Origin: Utricularia gibba
Taxonomy: Eukaryota; Plantae; Magnoliophyta
Direction: 5' to 3'
Assembly: GCA_002189035.1 (NCBI GenBank)
Contig: NEEC01000017.1
Location: forward strand, 744,001-808,000
DNA length: 64,000 nucleotides
Shown here: positions 50,167 through 64,000 of the stretch, in pieces
How the letters are laid out: each line of letters begins with the position of its first letter
Numbering within the stretch: position 1 is the first letter of the stretch
Made by a program: the position numbers and the translations under genes
Notes under the pieces: model-generated
The model's database searches: none
What the model was told of the DNA's origin: nothing
The model's input: only the letters and a program-made list of their open reading frames with translations

Positions 50167-51255
50167 AACCTAACGTGTTCGGGCCTTGAACAATGAGCTC
50201 TCGCTCCGCCTCATTAGATGCCAAAAAAAAATTCAGTTTCACTGAATTTGATCCAATAATCTCATAAATTCGAAAGCGCTCCATTGTGGTTAGTTGAAGA
50301 GGCATGCCTCAAATTATCTCTGCCACTACTATCTGCTTCGCTTTTCTTTCTCTCTCGTTTTCACCAATCTTAGAACCAATGATGCGAAGTTCAGCACAGG
50401 TCTGTGCATTTAGCTGCCGGATTTCAGTTAGAAAGGCAGAGTGGTCATCCAACATCTTCAGCCTTCTTTTGTTTTTAGCATTCTTTACTTGGGAGTCGAC
50501 ACTCAGTGGCTCTTAATTCCCTTTGTTGCTATTTGAATCCCTGCTTTCCGGAGTCACTAAGGGTTCTATTGGATCTGAAGTAGAGTATAGTCGGCTACAT
50601 TAAAAAAAAGCAGGTATTTTTGATTGACCAAACTCATTTGCATCATCAGTGTACTCCTCATGGTCCCCAACCTCACCAATTTCTTTTGTAGCATCTTCAT
50701 GATCTCTTTTCTTTAATACTGTCTTCATACCAGTGGTTGTTTTTTCACCTGTTGCTCTATTTGTGCCAAATATCTCCAACCAATCATGGTAATAAGGCCA
50801 CCTTTTATGCCGCAAATCTCTCATCTTGGAGGAATGCTGCAATATAGTATCATCAATATAAGTAAAGTAACATATGCACAATACATAAAATGAACATGTA
50901 CCTGCTCTAGTTCATTCCATAGCTCATCAGTGGTGTCTAATTTACTTGTGATTTCATTGAAGGTAGTACCGGACCTAGATAAGAAATCAACTAGCAAATA
51001 ATATTCCTTCTTCCAATTGTGTACCTTTGAACTAATATGGGGATGTGCACGTATATCACTCCCTGGTCTAAGTTTAACGAATATGGTCTCGATTGCCTGA
51101 TGATACCCTCCTCTAAACCCATTTTCTACATTCCATCCATCTTGTACTACTTGTTTTAAAGCAAATATCAGATATTTCTCCTCTTCTGGTTTCCATTGAC
51201 GCTTCGATTTCTTGCTACCATCTTCACTGTCATTATCCTCCTTTCTAGTCCTCAT
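50167..51255 (-). pseudogene. Harbinger Myb/SANT-like DNA-binding gene (exons ~50902-51255 and 50167-50836), with in-frame stops in exon 2
   Basis: 'RQWKPEEEKYLIFAL..GWNVENGFRGGY..HISSKVHNWKKEY', 'KRWPYYHDWLEIFGTNRATGE'. Confidence 0.85.
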
Positions 51256-54200
51256 TCTTCTACGGAAGAAACGACGGTATAGACAAACATGTAATTAAAC
51301 AATCTAAAAAAAATCATTTCTACAAACTACACTAATAATACCACAAAATTAGTTCAATTATGAATCATATTAACAAAAAAATAACGTCAAAGACAGCATC
51401 TCGTGAGACTCAAATACACAACAACACATCTACGCTGCAATAAACATCAATAGGTAGAATGCAATATAGTTTTCTTTAGTAAAAATCAAGCATAGGCCAT
51501 GCCGTGAAACCCATCACAGTGCATATGAAATACATACCAGAATTTTCTTGCTAAGCAAAAGCTGTAGTCGGACGGCAGGGCATGAGCAATCCTATTCTAT
51601 TAGGGATTGGTAGGTTTCAAAACAGTCTTATTTATATACTCAAAAATACTCACATACCAGGGACATTTTAATAACTTAACTCAACAAATACTCTAAACAC
51701 ATCTCTTCTAAACCCACTAACCAAACACAAGTAGCAATAACTCAAATAATTCAAACTCGGGTAAATCTCAAACCCACGAAGCAAAGGCGCTCTAAGTGTC
51801 AATATGTTCAACTTTTCCTTCTTCCATATCACTTGAAACTTTTGTCACACTCTCTTCAAATTATCCAATAGTGTGAGTAGTAAGACCTAGTTTGTCTTGG
51901 AGAAATGTGAATGCTTGTGTCCCTAGGTCTTTCATTAATATATATGCCATTTGAAAACCTATAGTAGCATGCATGAGGTCAATAAATTTTGCAAGGTATT
52001 GCTGCCAAACTACATAGTAGTGAAAGTCTAGATGCTTGATGTGCTTTCAAAAGGCGGAATTCTAGGTGACATGGAATGAAGATCGATTGTCGATGTAAAA
52101 GGGGATAGAGAGCAAGGTCAACTAATGTAGATCACGTAATAAATAAGATACCCATAATAGTTTCAAAGTTGTGGCCCCCATGCCTCGATATTTAGCCTAC
52201 ATGGATGATCGAGCCACGATGAACTGTTTCTTTACCTTCCAACATATCAAGTTTGGTCCTAAAGAAATAAAAAAACCCCAATCACCAACCATAGAGTATC
52301 GAGACATGTACCTCAATTTGAGATAGTGCAGTAAGCGATTCGCAACTGCCCAATGTGTGAGAGTCAGGGGTTGTAGGAATTGACTGGGTTGCTAGACTGT
52401 AAACGCAACGTTGGGCCACGTGAAGCTCAAGTATAATAATTGCTTAAGCACTCTGTGATAATCATCCTGATTATGTATCGATTTGGCGTCTTCAGATGAT
52501 AATTGCACCTTTGTCACTATGGGTGTGACTACTGACATGGATAAGTTCCTACAAAAAGTTATAAATATATTTCTATTGTAATAGTAATAAGCCATCATTC
52601 GATCAAATGAGTTCTATGGCAAGTAAAAAAACGTTTTGATCCAACATCCTTTATGGTGAATTGATCATTTAAAGTCTTCTTAAAAGCATGAATTTGTTCC
52701 AAAGTGTTACTAAAAATCAAGATGTCATCCATGTATATTGTAAAAAATGTCACTTGATCCAAATTCTTCTTCACAAATAACCAGGGGTTGGTTGTAGATT
52801 GGTTATAACCAACCAAGAGCAAAGTTTGTGTGAGTGCCAAATTCCAACATGTTGCTTGTTTGAGTGCATAAATGGACTTCAGTAATCAGTATACCTATCC
52901 TTCCTTGGTAGTAGTATAGCCTTTCAGGGGATACATATATACTCCTTCCAATCGACATAAAGGAAATCATTGTTGATATTGGCTTGATGAATGTGGAAAT
53001 TCAGAGGTGCGGCTAAAGCAAGTACAAGTCAAATGATGATGATTTTGGCAACTTGGACGTAGCATTCTTGGAAGTCATCCTCTTCGATTTGGGCATATCC
53101 CTTTGCGACTAACTGTGATTACTGTTGTGAGAATTCCACTATAGCACCATACTTGTTAGAGTATATACATTTTGAGTCAATACCTTTTTTTCAAGTGATA
53201 AGTCAACCAAAATCTAGGTTTGGTTCTTCTTCATTGCCAATATTTTTTCTACTATAGGAGACTCTCACTCGTGCACCCCATTCACCTCTTGATAAGAAGG
53301 CAGCAGGGGCACATGAACATAGGCTACAACATCATGTATGTGATCAGAGTGGTCAGCGGATGATTGAGGAGAGGCAGTACACCTTGAATGCTATAGATGT
53401 AATCGTCAAGGTACACAGGAGGATGAGTGGTGCGGCCACTCTTCCATAGAATAGACTAGGAATGAAGGGCTGTACAAAAAACCAAGGGAAGTGAGAGCGA
53501 CAGAGATGAGGGTATAGGATGATTTGTAAAACTAGGTAGGGTGGAACCCAAAATGACATCAAATGAATCAAAAGTAGGATCAGGATTGGACTGCTCCTAC
53601 AAGTGTTCATCACAATGAGGCATGAGGATGTCAACAATAGGAAAAGTAGGAGAGGAATAGACAATGGGCCATCTAATATCAAACTCATAGAAGTGGCCAC
53701 GAAGGGAGACAAACATGTTTTTGTTTTCAACAAGAAATAACTTATATATCTTTTGACCTGAGAGGTACCCAATGAATACAAACTTGCAAGCACGGGGAGC
53801 AAGCTTATCAACACCAATGTTAGAATTAGAGGCATAAGCAAGAAAACCGAAGACATGCAAGTGGTGGTAGGATTGTCCTTGCACTCCAAGGACATCAAGT
53901 GGGCTTTCTCCTTCAAAAATCGAAGTAGGCAACCAGTTGATAAGATAGGTGGCAATAAGCAAAGTTTCACCCCAAAAGAATTTGGGAAGACTAGAATGAA
54001 AGAGAAGAGTGCAAGTTACCTCTAACAAATATTTTTGTTATGCTCAACCCGACTATTTTTCTCCGGTATATACGGGCGAGATGATTGTAGGGTAATACCC
54101 AACTTAACGCACAAAGAGGTTAGGTCAACATTTCAAAATTCCTTACCATTGTCAATGCAAATGATCAATACTGAAAATGCTAATTTTCAACTCTAGAGAT

Positions 54201-56677
54201 AAAGGCTTGAAACAACGAATGAAGGTTTTGTTCACTAGCAAGCAAAAAGGTTCATCATCCACAATTGTGAGAAAACAAGTGGTGCATGCGATTGTTGGGA
54301 TTTTCTACCGTTCACATAAGTCACACTGCAATAACTCTAAAGATTTTGATGCTTGAGATGAACTTGGAGAAAAGGGAATTTAGTGTAATGACAAATATCG
54401 TAAGGGGCTGAATTTAGAAAACAAAGAATGGACTAATACTTGGTCTTAGAATCATAAAGGTGTTTTAGTCAACAATGTCATAATAAGCTTGAGTCAATAT
54501 CGATGACAAACTCATTAAACAAAATAGTTTTTTGGAGTAAAAGACTAGCATATACAAAATTGAAGTCATGGAGTTCCTTATCCAATGTGTTTATCACGGT
54601 AGTTTGGTAAAGAGCCAACATATTCAATAAAAAGGATTTTCTTTCTTGTACATACCAATTCTCATGATTTCTTCCAACCTCTATAGCTCTACTACTCTAA
54701 TAGAGGCCCAGTCCTGCAAAATGCAGCACGAGCCTGTAAAAACAACAGTAAAGTGTGGGAAGGCAATTTTTGCAGACAAAAATAAAGTTGCACTTAAATT
54801 GTGAAACAAAAAAAAAATATTATGAATGAGGAGTGAGGGATGAACACAGATTGTTCCATAATGTGTTACAGGCTAGGTGGAGCCATCAAGTAGGGATAAT
54901 GTTATCATGCTAGATAAATGTTTGAGGTCAAGGAAAATGTCACGATCATATCAAATATGAGATGAATGATCGACTACGTAAAGATGAATGAGGTGAGGTA
55001 GTTGAAAAATCACCAAAGTTGGCCATGTAAACTTGCTCAGTAAATGCGTTGATATTTAGCAATTTTTTCAGTGCATTAGATATCATTAGTTGCAAGGAGG
55101 ATTCCCCTGCTACAGATTCCTTGAGAAAGAATCCATCATATCCCTATATGTCATTTTATATAGCATCAATTTGCTCAATGTGGGGTGTTATGGTTTTCTC
55201 CTTGAGTGTACATCAACTTAAACCACCACAATGATCATTTATTCATCCAAGTATAGCATATAGAGAAGTCATGCTCTTTCCAGTTACATTTCGAATAAAA
55301 TCGTCTGTTAGCATCTTTCCTCTTGTAGCAATCATCCTTTACCTTTTTTTAGATTGATAACCCCCAACTCTTTGAAGACGTGGGCCATCTCAACCTCCAT
55401 CTGCTTAGTGGGTCATGATTCATCAACCTGCAATAATAAAGAGTAAGTCTTATACCATCTTGATACATGCTCCATGATTAGAATTTGGTTCCTCGTAACT
55501 TGATATATATCATTGAGATCATAAAGGAAATGAACCTGATGCATATTGTGGTGCATACTTACGCAGCTTTTGCAATTAGCACATGAAGCACAAGAATAAT
55601 GCAAAACATTTACAGTGTTGAATAGTGATTTGACAAGAGTAAAGTATTCAGGAAGAGTTTTGAAACCTTGAACAAGATGTGATCAATTCCATTGCATATC
55701 GCACACTATCGAGAGATTTGTCTTCCCATAGTATTTTTTCAATACCTCTCAAATTTCCCTAGTCATGCTAAAGCTCTAGAAGGTAAATGAAGTCATGAAG
55801 TCAGGACCTTATGAGGGCATCCACTTCGTACCATTTGTCATAGTATGTACCATGTGTATCAAGTTGCTTCACGAAGTCGTTGATTAGGGCAAGCTTGTTC
55901 TTTGCTGCCAAACTGTACTATTTTATTCCAATCAGAAAACTGTCTTAGAGTGAGGAGTTCTAGCACCAGGGGCCATGTGGTTATCAAGAATTGAGATTTG
56001 AAAAGTCTCATCTAATTGCACATCTGTGGTCTTCTCCTTACCATGCAGTTCATGAGGGCGAGAAGTTATTTGAGGTTTGCTTTTTTGATTTCCGTCGGCT
56101 CAGCCATCTTATTCGTTCCACGCTCACCGCATCATGTAAACGAACACCAGTTTGATGGGAGAATTAGTTTAAGGAGGAGTCAATACAAAGGAATTGGGGA
56201 GTTTCTTTGAATTCAAATCATTCTATTTATCTCACTTTCATTATTATTTCATATGTACAATTTAAATATTACATGGATATATAAATAAACGGCTCACATG
56301 AGTCCTTATTTCATATCAAGGTAAACTTGTGTCAATGAAAAATGATATACTACACCATACGAGTTTTTGGAATCATAAGATGACATTATTGAGACAATGA
56401 TGAGGGATGTTTTATAGTAAAATATCTAAATTGTGGGTGGCCTAGGTAATTATATCAAGTATAAATGGGAGCATTAAATGCAATTGCTATATTCCACAAA
56501 GTGTGGCATTTGTTATTTATTTTAATCTTTTGGTCCATGAACTTTTGTGAATTAAATTTAGGTATTTTTCTGCATCACAACGTTTTTCTTTTAAATTAGG
56601 GTTAGATAATCATTCACGATTCAAAATAGTTAAACCCTATTTCAATTACAATTTATTTTTTGTTTATATTTTAATTT

Positions 56678-57580
56678 ATGGTATTAAATATCCCAAACGG
56701 AACATTAAAAACTGAACTGGCCCTCCAAATCAAGGAGCTAGACGATGGGAATTCACGGGCCCACGTGCCCTCCCTTCATGCCCTCGATTTCGCTCTCAGA
56801 ATCTCCCTCATTGCCTTGGCCACCGCCGCCGTCTGGGTTGCCGTCACCGCCCGCGAAAATACGGAGCTCTACGGCGAGGTGGAGACCAAGAAGCTCGCCG
56901 GAATCAAGTGAGCACCTATTTTATTTACCTTTTCTTTTTCCCTGTCCCAGGCTTGCCCTTTTATTTTTCCTCAAAAATGGGTTGGATCTGCTGGTTTTTT
57001 TAGGGGGAATACTTATTTACTTACTTATTCCCAGGTACATGGTGTCTATCGCCGGCGTGACCGCCGGCTATGCGCTTCTCACCGCTGCGTCTTCCTGCCT
57101 CCGGTGCACCGCCACCGCCAAACCGTGGCTCCACTTTTTCGCAGACCAGGTACTGTTAGGGTATTTTGGTACTTTCGTGATAAGTGGGCATAATAGCTGT
57201 TTAGTCCCTATCCTTTCTTTATTTATCCCATTTTAGTCCTCATAGTTTGAAAATTATCGATTTCGTGTCCATGGAGCTCGCCCTGTGCCCACGAGTATTC
57301 TAAAACAGCTATGCAACACGATTAGGTGTTGGCATATCTAATGGTGACATCAATGGCGGCGCAAGCAGAGCTTGTTTACTTGGCTTACGAGGGGGATACG
57401 GAGGTGACTTGGAGCCGAATATGTGGATCGTTCCACATGATCTGCCAACGGCTCACTCTTGCCTTGGCCCTGAACGCCGCCGCCGTGTCGTGTTTGATGG
57501 TTCTCGCCGGAATCTCAGGCTACAGGTTCTTTAGGACGTTCCAGCCTCCGGCGGCCGCCAAAGCCGCGGATGCCGAGTAG
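56678..57580 (+). CDS. CASPL2D1: CASP-like protein 2D1 type, 3 exons: 56678 (or 56745)-56907, 57035-57149, 57326-57580
   Basis: Four hydrophobic segments; 'LDFALRISL..AVWVAVT..YGEV..GIKYMVSI', 'FADQVLAYLMVTS..AELVYLAYEGD..TWS.IC', 'ISGYRFFRTFQPP'; GT-AG introns in phase. Start codon ambiguous. Confidence 0.88.
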
Positions 57581-58232
57581 AAGTTTCTAATTCCGGCGGT
57601 TATCATGGGCTCCATGCCCAGGGGACCCACCACCTTCCAAGCTTCGATGTATTTATGCATTGCACCCTGCGTGTAGACATATTCTGTAAATTAATTTTAA
57701 TATTTCTTTTTCAATTATCTTTATCAAACTATTCTCATCTAAATTTTTTTAATTAGATGGGTTGTAACTCTTTTTTCGAAATATTTTAATTATTTATAAA
57801 ATATATCTATATAATATACTTTTAATTATAATTACATATTTTGTATTTATTTAAATATAAATAACTCAAATATATTATTAATTAAATTTCAAACAGAGCA
57901 ACTTGGGCCTGACATGGGCTAGGCTTAGTACGGATAGCATGTAGAAGTAAAGTTGGGGCATTGCTGATGGCCCGGCCCTAAATAATTAGAAGCTAAATAA
58001 ATTAGTTTAGATTGCGTATATGACGGAAGAGTCCAAATTTCTTCCAATTTGAGGGTTTGTTTCTTCGTCCAGTGGTAAAGCTTCGATCCTTCTCTCTTCT
58101 CTTGATTCATCGTTTGTTTTCTAGTGTTTCGTGTTTCTCTGGAGTTCCTCGTGCCTTGATTTTTTTTTCTCGATTCGTCGGTTCCTTTTTCAGAACAGTT
58201 CGATTGCAGGAAGCCTATCAGAGAGGGGACGC

Positions 58233-59174
<942 letters not shown>

Positions 59175-59762
59175 AACAACTCCATCGCCTAGCCATATGT
59201 CCATATCGCCATCACAATCTGTAAATAACGTCTCGTTAACCCGTGTCTGCTAAACTTCTTATCATTATTGTTGTTGGAACTTATTCTGCTGGACGTGATG
59301 CTGTGAATGATAGTCTCCCTTCCTGTTTAAGCTGTTCCTTCTATTTTGATTTTGTCTTCTGATTCAAGGGGAAGATACACATAATGTAGATAGAACATGT
59401 TGGTTGCTAAGGTTTTTTAAATAATAGGGAGGCTACAAGAAATGAATCATCCAAGTAGATAGATGTACATCAGTCAGTCAGGACAGAATGCAACAAGTTG
59501 AGATGCTCCCATCATTGAAATCGAGAATGAGCAAAATTTCTCATGAAATACAGAGAGAAACATGGCAACTTTTTGTACGATGCAGTCAGCATGCATGAAA
59601 CTGATCACATTCAATGGCATACGAATGCAAGCACCCCGCCAGCATCACAGAGAACCATGGGGCGCGCTTGTCAATGATCACATTCAATCAGCTCCTCATC
59701 ATGCTGCTGCTTCCAAGCAGGATGCGGACGTGTAAGGATTCAGTGTGTCTAAATGAGGTGTC

Positions 59763-62700
59763 CTACAACTGAAGCGCCAGATCTGGCTGCTGGGGGTCGA
59801 CGAGGACGCCTGTCGATGGCCCTCCAGCTGAACCTGCGGATTGGAAGCCAATATTCAGATCAGGAGGGAGGGATTCTTGCTTCTGTTTGGGGTGGTGCAT
59901 CTGTGGGCTGATGCTACGCCATGTAGACTGAAGTTGGAATCTAGATAAATCGCCAGCCAGCTGAGGATAATTTATCGGTGGCTTGTGAAAGTGTGCACCA
60001 TTTAAAACGGGGCCTTCTGGAACAAATGCATGAAGCAGAGAATCGTTCCTATCCAACTGAGCAGTCTTTCCTCTCGTTGAAGCCAACTCTCCAAGGAACT
60101 GCGGCCCTTCCGGGGAGAATTTACTGATATTTGGTTCACGGGTGTATTTCTGATTCCTGAGGGAGGTCTAAATCCAACAGTCCCCACAGGAATGGACGCA
60201 CAGGCGGCAACCGTTGATGCAGTGATCATAGGACCATTGCTGCTTAATAAAGGGGCTGAAGAGAGAGTAGAATTGGCTGACCACTGATTTTGACCCTTGG
60301 CAGCAATCGCATGAACTGGATCATTCAACAGCTGCCCCACTCCCTGCTGATAGTAACCTGAAGCTCTAGCCTTACTGTTTGCTGGGCTGGAAACATTTTC
60401 AACATCCAATCTACTACCAAGGACTCTCCCGTTAGGCAAAGCTGTAATCACAGTTCCATGATAAGGTTGCTTCAAATTTTCTGCCACTGAGAAGCTACCT
60501 TGCCTTGAAGCAAACTCCTTTACTTCAGGAGATTCCGTTTCTGTGCTACTAGGATTTTGTCTTGGGTTCATGCTTTCAGCAGCATTTTGATGGAATAACT
60601 GTGATCCTCCTTGTCTAAAATGCCTTGAAGCCTTTTGTTCAGTATCAGCAGATGCCCTGAGTTCGGAAATATGATGCTGGTGACTCGTATTAGCAGAACC
60701 GCAACTGGCCTTCATCCCGGCGGATAAGAAAAGAGAGCTCATATCGGAAGCATTCACCCTTGTTGATGGTATCCTACCAGGGAAACCGGAGGTGCTGCAG
60801 AAAGTGTCGCCAGCACGATAAAAGAATGGTAAAGATGCATAATCAAGGTTTTCCTGCAATGATACTGACGCAGGGTTATCGTCACGCTTCTTGGGCTCAG
60901 CTGCTTTGGTAAAAAATGGTGGTTCCTTGATGCTGAAGTTTTCATAAATGAGCACAGGAGTTGGAAGAGGCTCATACTCGCCGACCCACCCCCGGCCAAA
61001 CTCGAGGCCTTGAGGAAGTGCTTGTTCAATCCTCTTAGAACTAATTTCCCACACTACAGACCCCAATGCTGCAGCAAAACGAGCTAAGCTCCTTGCATAA
61101 GAATGTTCTGTGTATAGTCCAACCTGATTCAGCAAAACATGATTGATGATTGCAGGTTAGTAACTCAGAATTGTATCATAAAAGGCATAAAGAGAACATA
61201 CAGGAATCAGTTGCTTGCTTTCTCCATCGGAACTTGAGAACATGGACCATGAGCAACCCACATTACAAGCAAGCGATATGTCATATGTTTCACGACGGCT
61301 TTTGTCAGGCATAGGCGATTTCTTGCCAAACCTGGACATCATGCCCTTCCCTGGAAAGACCAGATGGTTGGTTAGGGTATATGAGATACAAGCATTGGCA
61401 ACGCCACTGTTATGTAGGGTACCTGAAAGAGATTCATCTCCCTTGTCTAAACCATTCTCATGGAACAAATAATTTCCATCGCCAAGAATATCGGTGTTAC
61501 CAGGCTTCTCAGATTCAACATTTTGGGATGCATTTGAAACACTTCGCAAATCAACAGCCACACACATTGAAGAGGATGCCAAGTTGGACACGGATGATTC
61601 TTGTGTACGTATGACAGAGCCATGAATTTGTTTCTTCACTATGGGAGTCGACGTTAATTTTTGCTCAGGCTTAACATATTTATCAGCGCCTTCATCTTTC
61701 AACCTTAATTTCTCGAACTTCCTTGTGGCCAATTCTTTAATCGAACGTGCCTATAAATCACATGGAAGGCAAGTCTGTTTCACTGAGCATAGAAAAATAA
61801 GGGCACAGAAAACCAACAGGATCATCTTTTGTTATACCTGCTTGTGGTATATAGTATCCGGGGCATTGTATTCCATAGCATTTGCGCAGATAAGGAAGAC
61901 ATCATCCTGTATAACCGCTTTTTTAAGAGAAGTTCATGACCACCATATTCGGATGATAGGCGAAAAAGCAAACAAGATATAGCTAACATGAACATTTTTC
62001 AGAAAACTCAACAATTCCCACTAAAGATGCGGCTTCAACCAAAGAAGAGAAATCTCACAGAAACCTCAACGTCAAAACCATCATGAGCATATACAAACAA
62101 TCATAGATCAGAATGGGACAGGCCACATTTTAAAGGCCATACAAAACGACAAAAGTATAGGGGAAATTGAAAAAATACCTCAAACTGCTCCAAAGTCGCG
62201 TATGATCCATTTCCCAGCTTCTTCCTGACAGTGGAAAAAGCCATTGGGTGCTTTATTACATCATGGTAATCTGGGAGCTGCATCAAAAACAACTAAAAAG
62301 GTTTACGAATTGCAAATAGATACTCAAGATACTTAAAAAGGTTGTATCCGGCATACCTCTTCAGGATCAACTGGTTCGGCATAAACACCATAAGTGTCTT
62401 TCCTGGTCAAATTAGAGGATGTAAATTAGAATCAGCCCTTTAAATCTATAATGACCATGTTCACTCAATGCATCAATGCACCCAATTTCCTCTGAATTTC
62501 GTCCAAACACGCATTACGAACTCAGAAATCAAGATGCCAAATGTTAATGACATACTTCTGAAGCTTGTCCAGAATCAACTCCAAGGTCTTCTTATCAGGC
62601 AACGGCTGCCCTTGTAAACTATTACTAGCCGTCACTGTATCATACAAAACGATTAGTCATCAGCAACGGGTATTTGCACAATCCATTAGTTGTGACGCCG

Positions 62701-63625
62701 CTTTTTTTTTAATGAATAAAGTAGCACTAAAGAGGAAGATTAATCAAACCTGGATTCGAGTCTTCGCCTCTACGCAAGGGCTTCTTCCTAGTAATCTGTC
62801 AACAATTCACATAGTTTGTTGATAAACTTCCCAAAAAGCTAACTAAAAGTAGCGAAACACCCCAGCCTAAATTCAGTTGCATATGTAAATTCGTAGAACC
62901 CAGTAACCATAACATAACCCCACCCTACAAGGCACAGCGAAGTATAGGTGACAAAAGACACGTGTGTTGGTCTCCCGATGATAAGGGGGAAAAGGTGACT
63001 CTGTTGTGGGAGTATCAAGAATAATTAGACAAGACTCATGCAAATGGCGCAGCATGTTTCGGAAGGAGAAAGCTCTGCTGAAAGACTGAGAAGCAGAGCT
63101 TTTAGATTCTGTGGGGTTTACCCAGAAAACACAAAGTAGCCTAATACGCATTTCGACAAATCATCCCATTCGATGGAAGAAAATTACCTCTTGATCATTC
63201 CCTTCACTGTAATTCTCATCGTGATTGGGGCCATCATCCTCGTCAATCTCATCAATTATCTTCCTCCTCTTATGCGACGGCCCATCTGACGAAGACTGCG
63301 AGAAACCCGGAGCGGTGGTTGTTGTCGTTGTTGCTGACCGGAGCTGCCCGGTTTGGAGGTTGAGGAGATGGTTGAGCTTCTTCTCCCTCCGGCGCTGGTC
63401 CTCCTCGAAAATATCGTCCTCATCGAAGTAGTCATCGAGGTCAAAAAGATACCTAACATTCCTCCGACGCAAACTCCGGCGAACGTCCGGCTCCGACGGA
63501 TCGGAGTTGCGCGTACGAGCTGTGCTGTTCAGCTTGCTCTTCTTCTTCTTGTTGTGGCCCATAATCATACGACTTTTGTCTCCTAGTTCTGCTGCAGTAG
63601 CTGCCCTTTTTCTCTCAGCAGACAT
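59763..63625 (-). CDS. Bromodomain protein (BRD13-type SWI/SNF-associated family), 9 exons: 63188-63625, 62750-62795, 62556-62634, 62357-62402, 62179-62277, 61838-61906, 61423-61750, 61202-61350, 59763-61123; apparent 1-nt frameshift near 60112-60115
   Basis: 'LPDKKTLELILDKLQKKDTYGVYAEPVDPEELPDYHDVIKHPM..DVFLICANAMEYNAPDTIYHKQARSI'; 'YARSLARFAAALG..GRGWVGEYE'; C-terminal 'QQPDLALQL'. An alternative start at 63562 (MGHNKKKK) is possible. Confidence 0.92.
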
Positions 63626-64000
63626 GGGAATTGGGAACGGGAACTCAACCTCAACTCAACCCTTTACTCTCACGCACTAGTCATCCCCGACCTCGTGCTG
63701 CTGCAGGATCAAGAAAAAACAAAGGCGTACACTTTGGATTTTTCACTTTCAGAGATTCACTAAATAAAGCCAGATCTAACAGCTGTGCCTGGCTAATATT
63801 TTCGATTTCAGCAAGCAAAGCCACATACAAGGGAATGAAACCGGAGCCCCATCTCCGACAACTAAATACTATAGATTCCCCGTCTGATCCCAGCGTCCGG
63901 CCACAGGCAAATTTAGGGTTCAGTTTACCTTCTCCCGAGTGGAATTTTACTGCAACCAAAACCCAACTTGACTTTTCTTCACTTTTTGTCATTTTTTTAC

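Larger units (their letters stand above)
47589..51792. mobile_element. Delimited PIF/Harbinger element (4.2 kb): transposase (+) and Myb/SANT-like gene (-), convergent, both decayed
   Basis: TAA TSD (47586-47588, 51793-51795); TIRs TGGTGCATTTGCTTCGTGGG / reverse complement GAGCGCCTTTGCTTCGTGGG. Confidence 0.92.
47421..56334 (-). mobile_element. Old Copia retrotransposon whose 3' LTR appears split by a nested Harbinger
   Basis: 5' LTR 56135-56334; 3' LTR 47421-47588 plus 51796-51801 (shared 'taaac.aacac..g.ttgat', 'gtttctttgaa.tc.aatcattctattt.tctcact', 'cacatgag.cc', 'gtgtca'); PPT-like GGAAGAAGGAAAAG just internal to 51801. gag 'LAAKNKL' (~55890), integrase 'LPKFFWGETLLIATYLINWLP..DKLAPRACKFVFIGY', RT 'IYMDDILI', RNase H relics. 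Flanks GTGAG/ATGAA may be a decayed TSD. Confidence 0.7.

Noticed and set aside
58021-58025. TGACG (TGA-factor) site in the ATG8 promoter
   Set aside because: A single 5-mer is expected by chance; no supporting paired element.
63681-63992. 103-aa ORF upstream of the bromodomain gene
   Set aside because: No homology cues; likely 5' UTR, intron or promoter sequence.

Overview
Land-plant (eudicot-like) nuclear genomic DNA; the species cannot be determined from sequence alone. Compact, short-intron, GC-richer genes sit in AT-rich spacers full of decayed transposons. Host genes, in order: chloroplast lipocalin (CHL/LCNP), a small conserved protein of unknown function, FAD4, a FAX5/6-type TMEM14 protein, a class-B LPAAT, a conserved 5-exon unknown gene, a short DUF4228-like gene, a RING-H2 E3 ligase, CASPL2D1, ATG8 and a BRD13-type bromodomain protein. 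Transposons: a Ulp1-protease-carrying MULE cut by the window start; a fully delimited Copia (two LTRs, PBS, PPT, TTTCA target-site duplication (TSD)) and an older decayed sibling; a fully delimited 7.6-kb MULE (TIRs, 11-bp TSD) carrying a plant mobile domain (PMD) gene convergent with its transposase and hit by two inverted solo LTRs; a delimited PIF/Harbinger apparently nested in the 3' LTR of another Copia; and several smaller Copia, LINE and Harbinger relics. Two main observations: (1) four lipid-related genes (CHL, FAD4, FAX, LPAAT-B) lie within about 6.8 kb with no recognisable transposon between them; (2) four, possibly five, otherwise intact genes each need one extra base in or next to a G/C run, which suggests assembly error rather than real pseudogenes. 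No rRNA, tRNA or CRISPR array was recognised. All coordinates and family calls were made by eye, without database searches.
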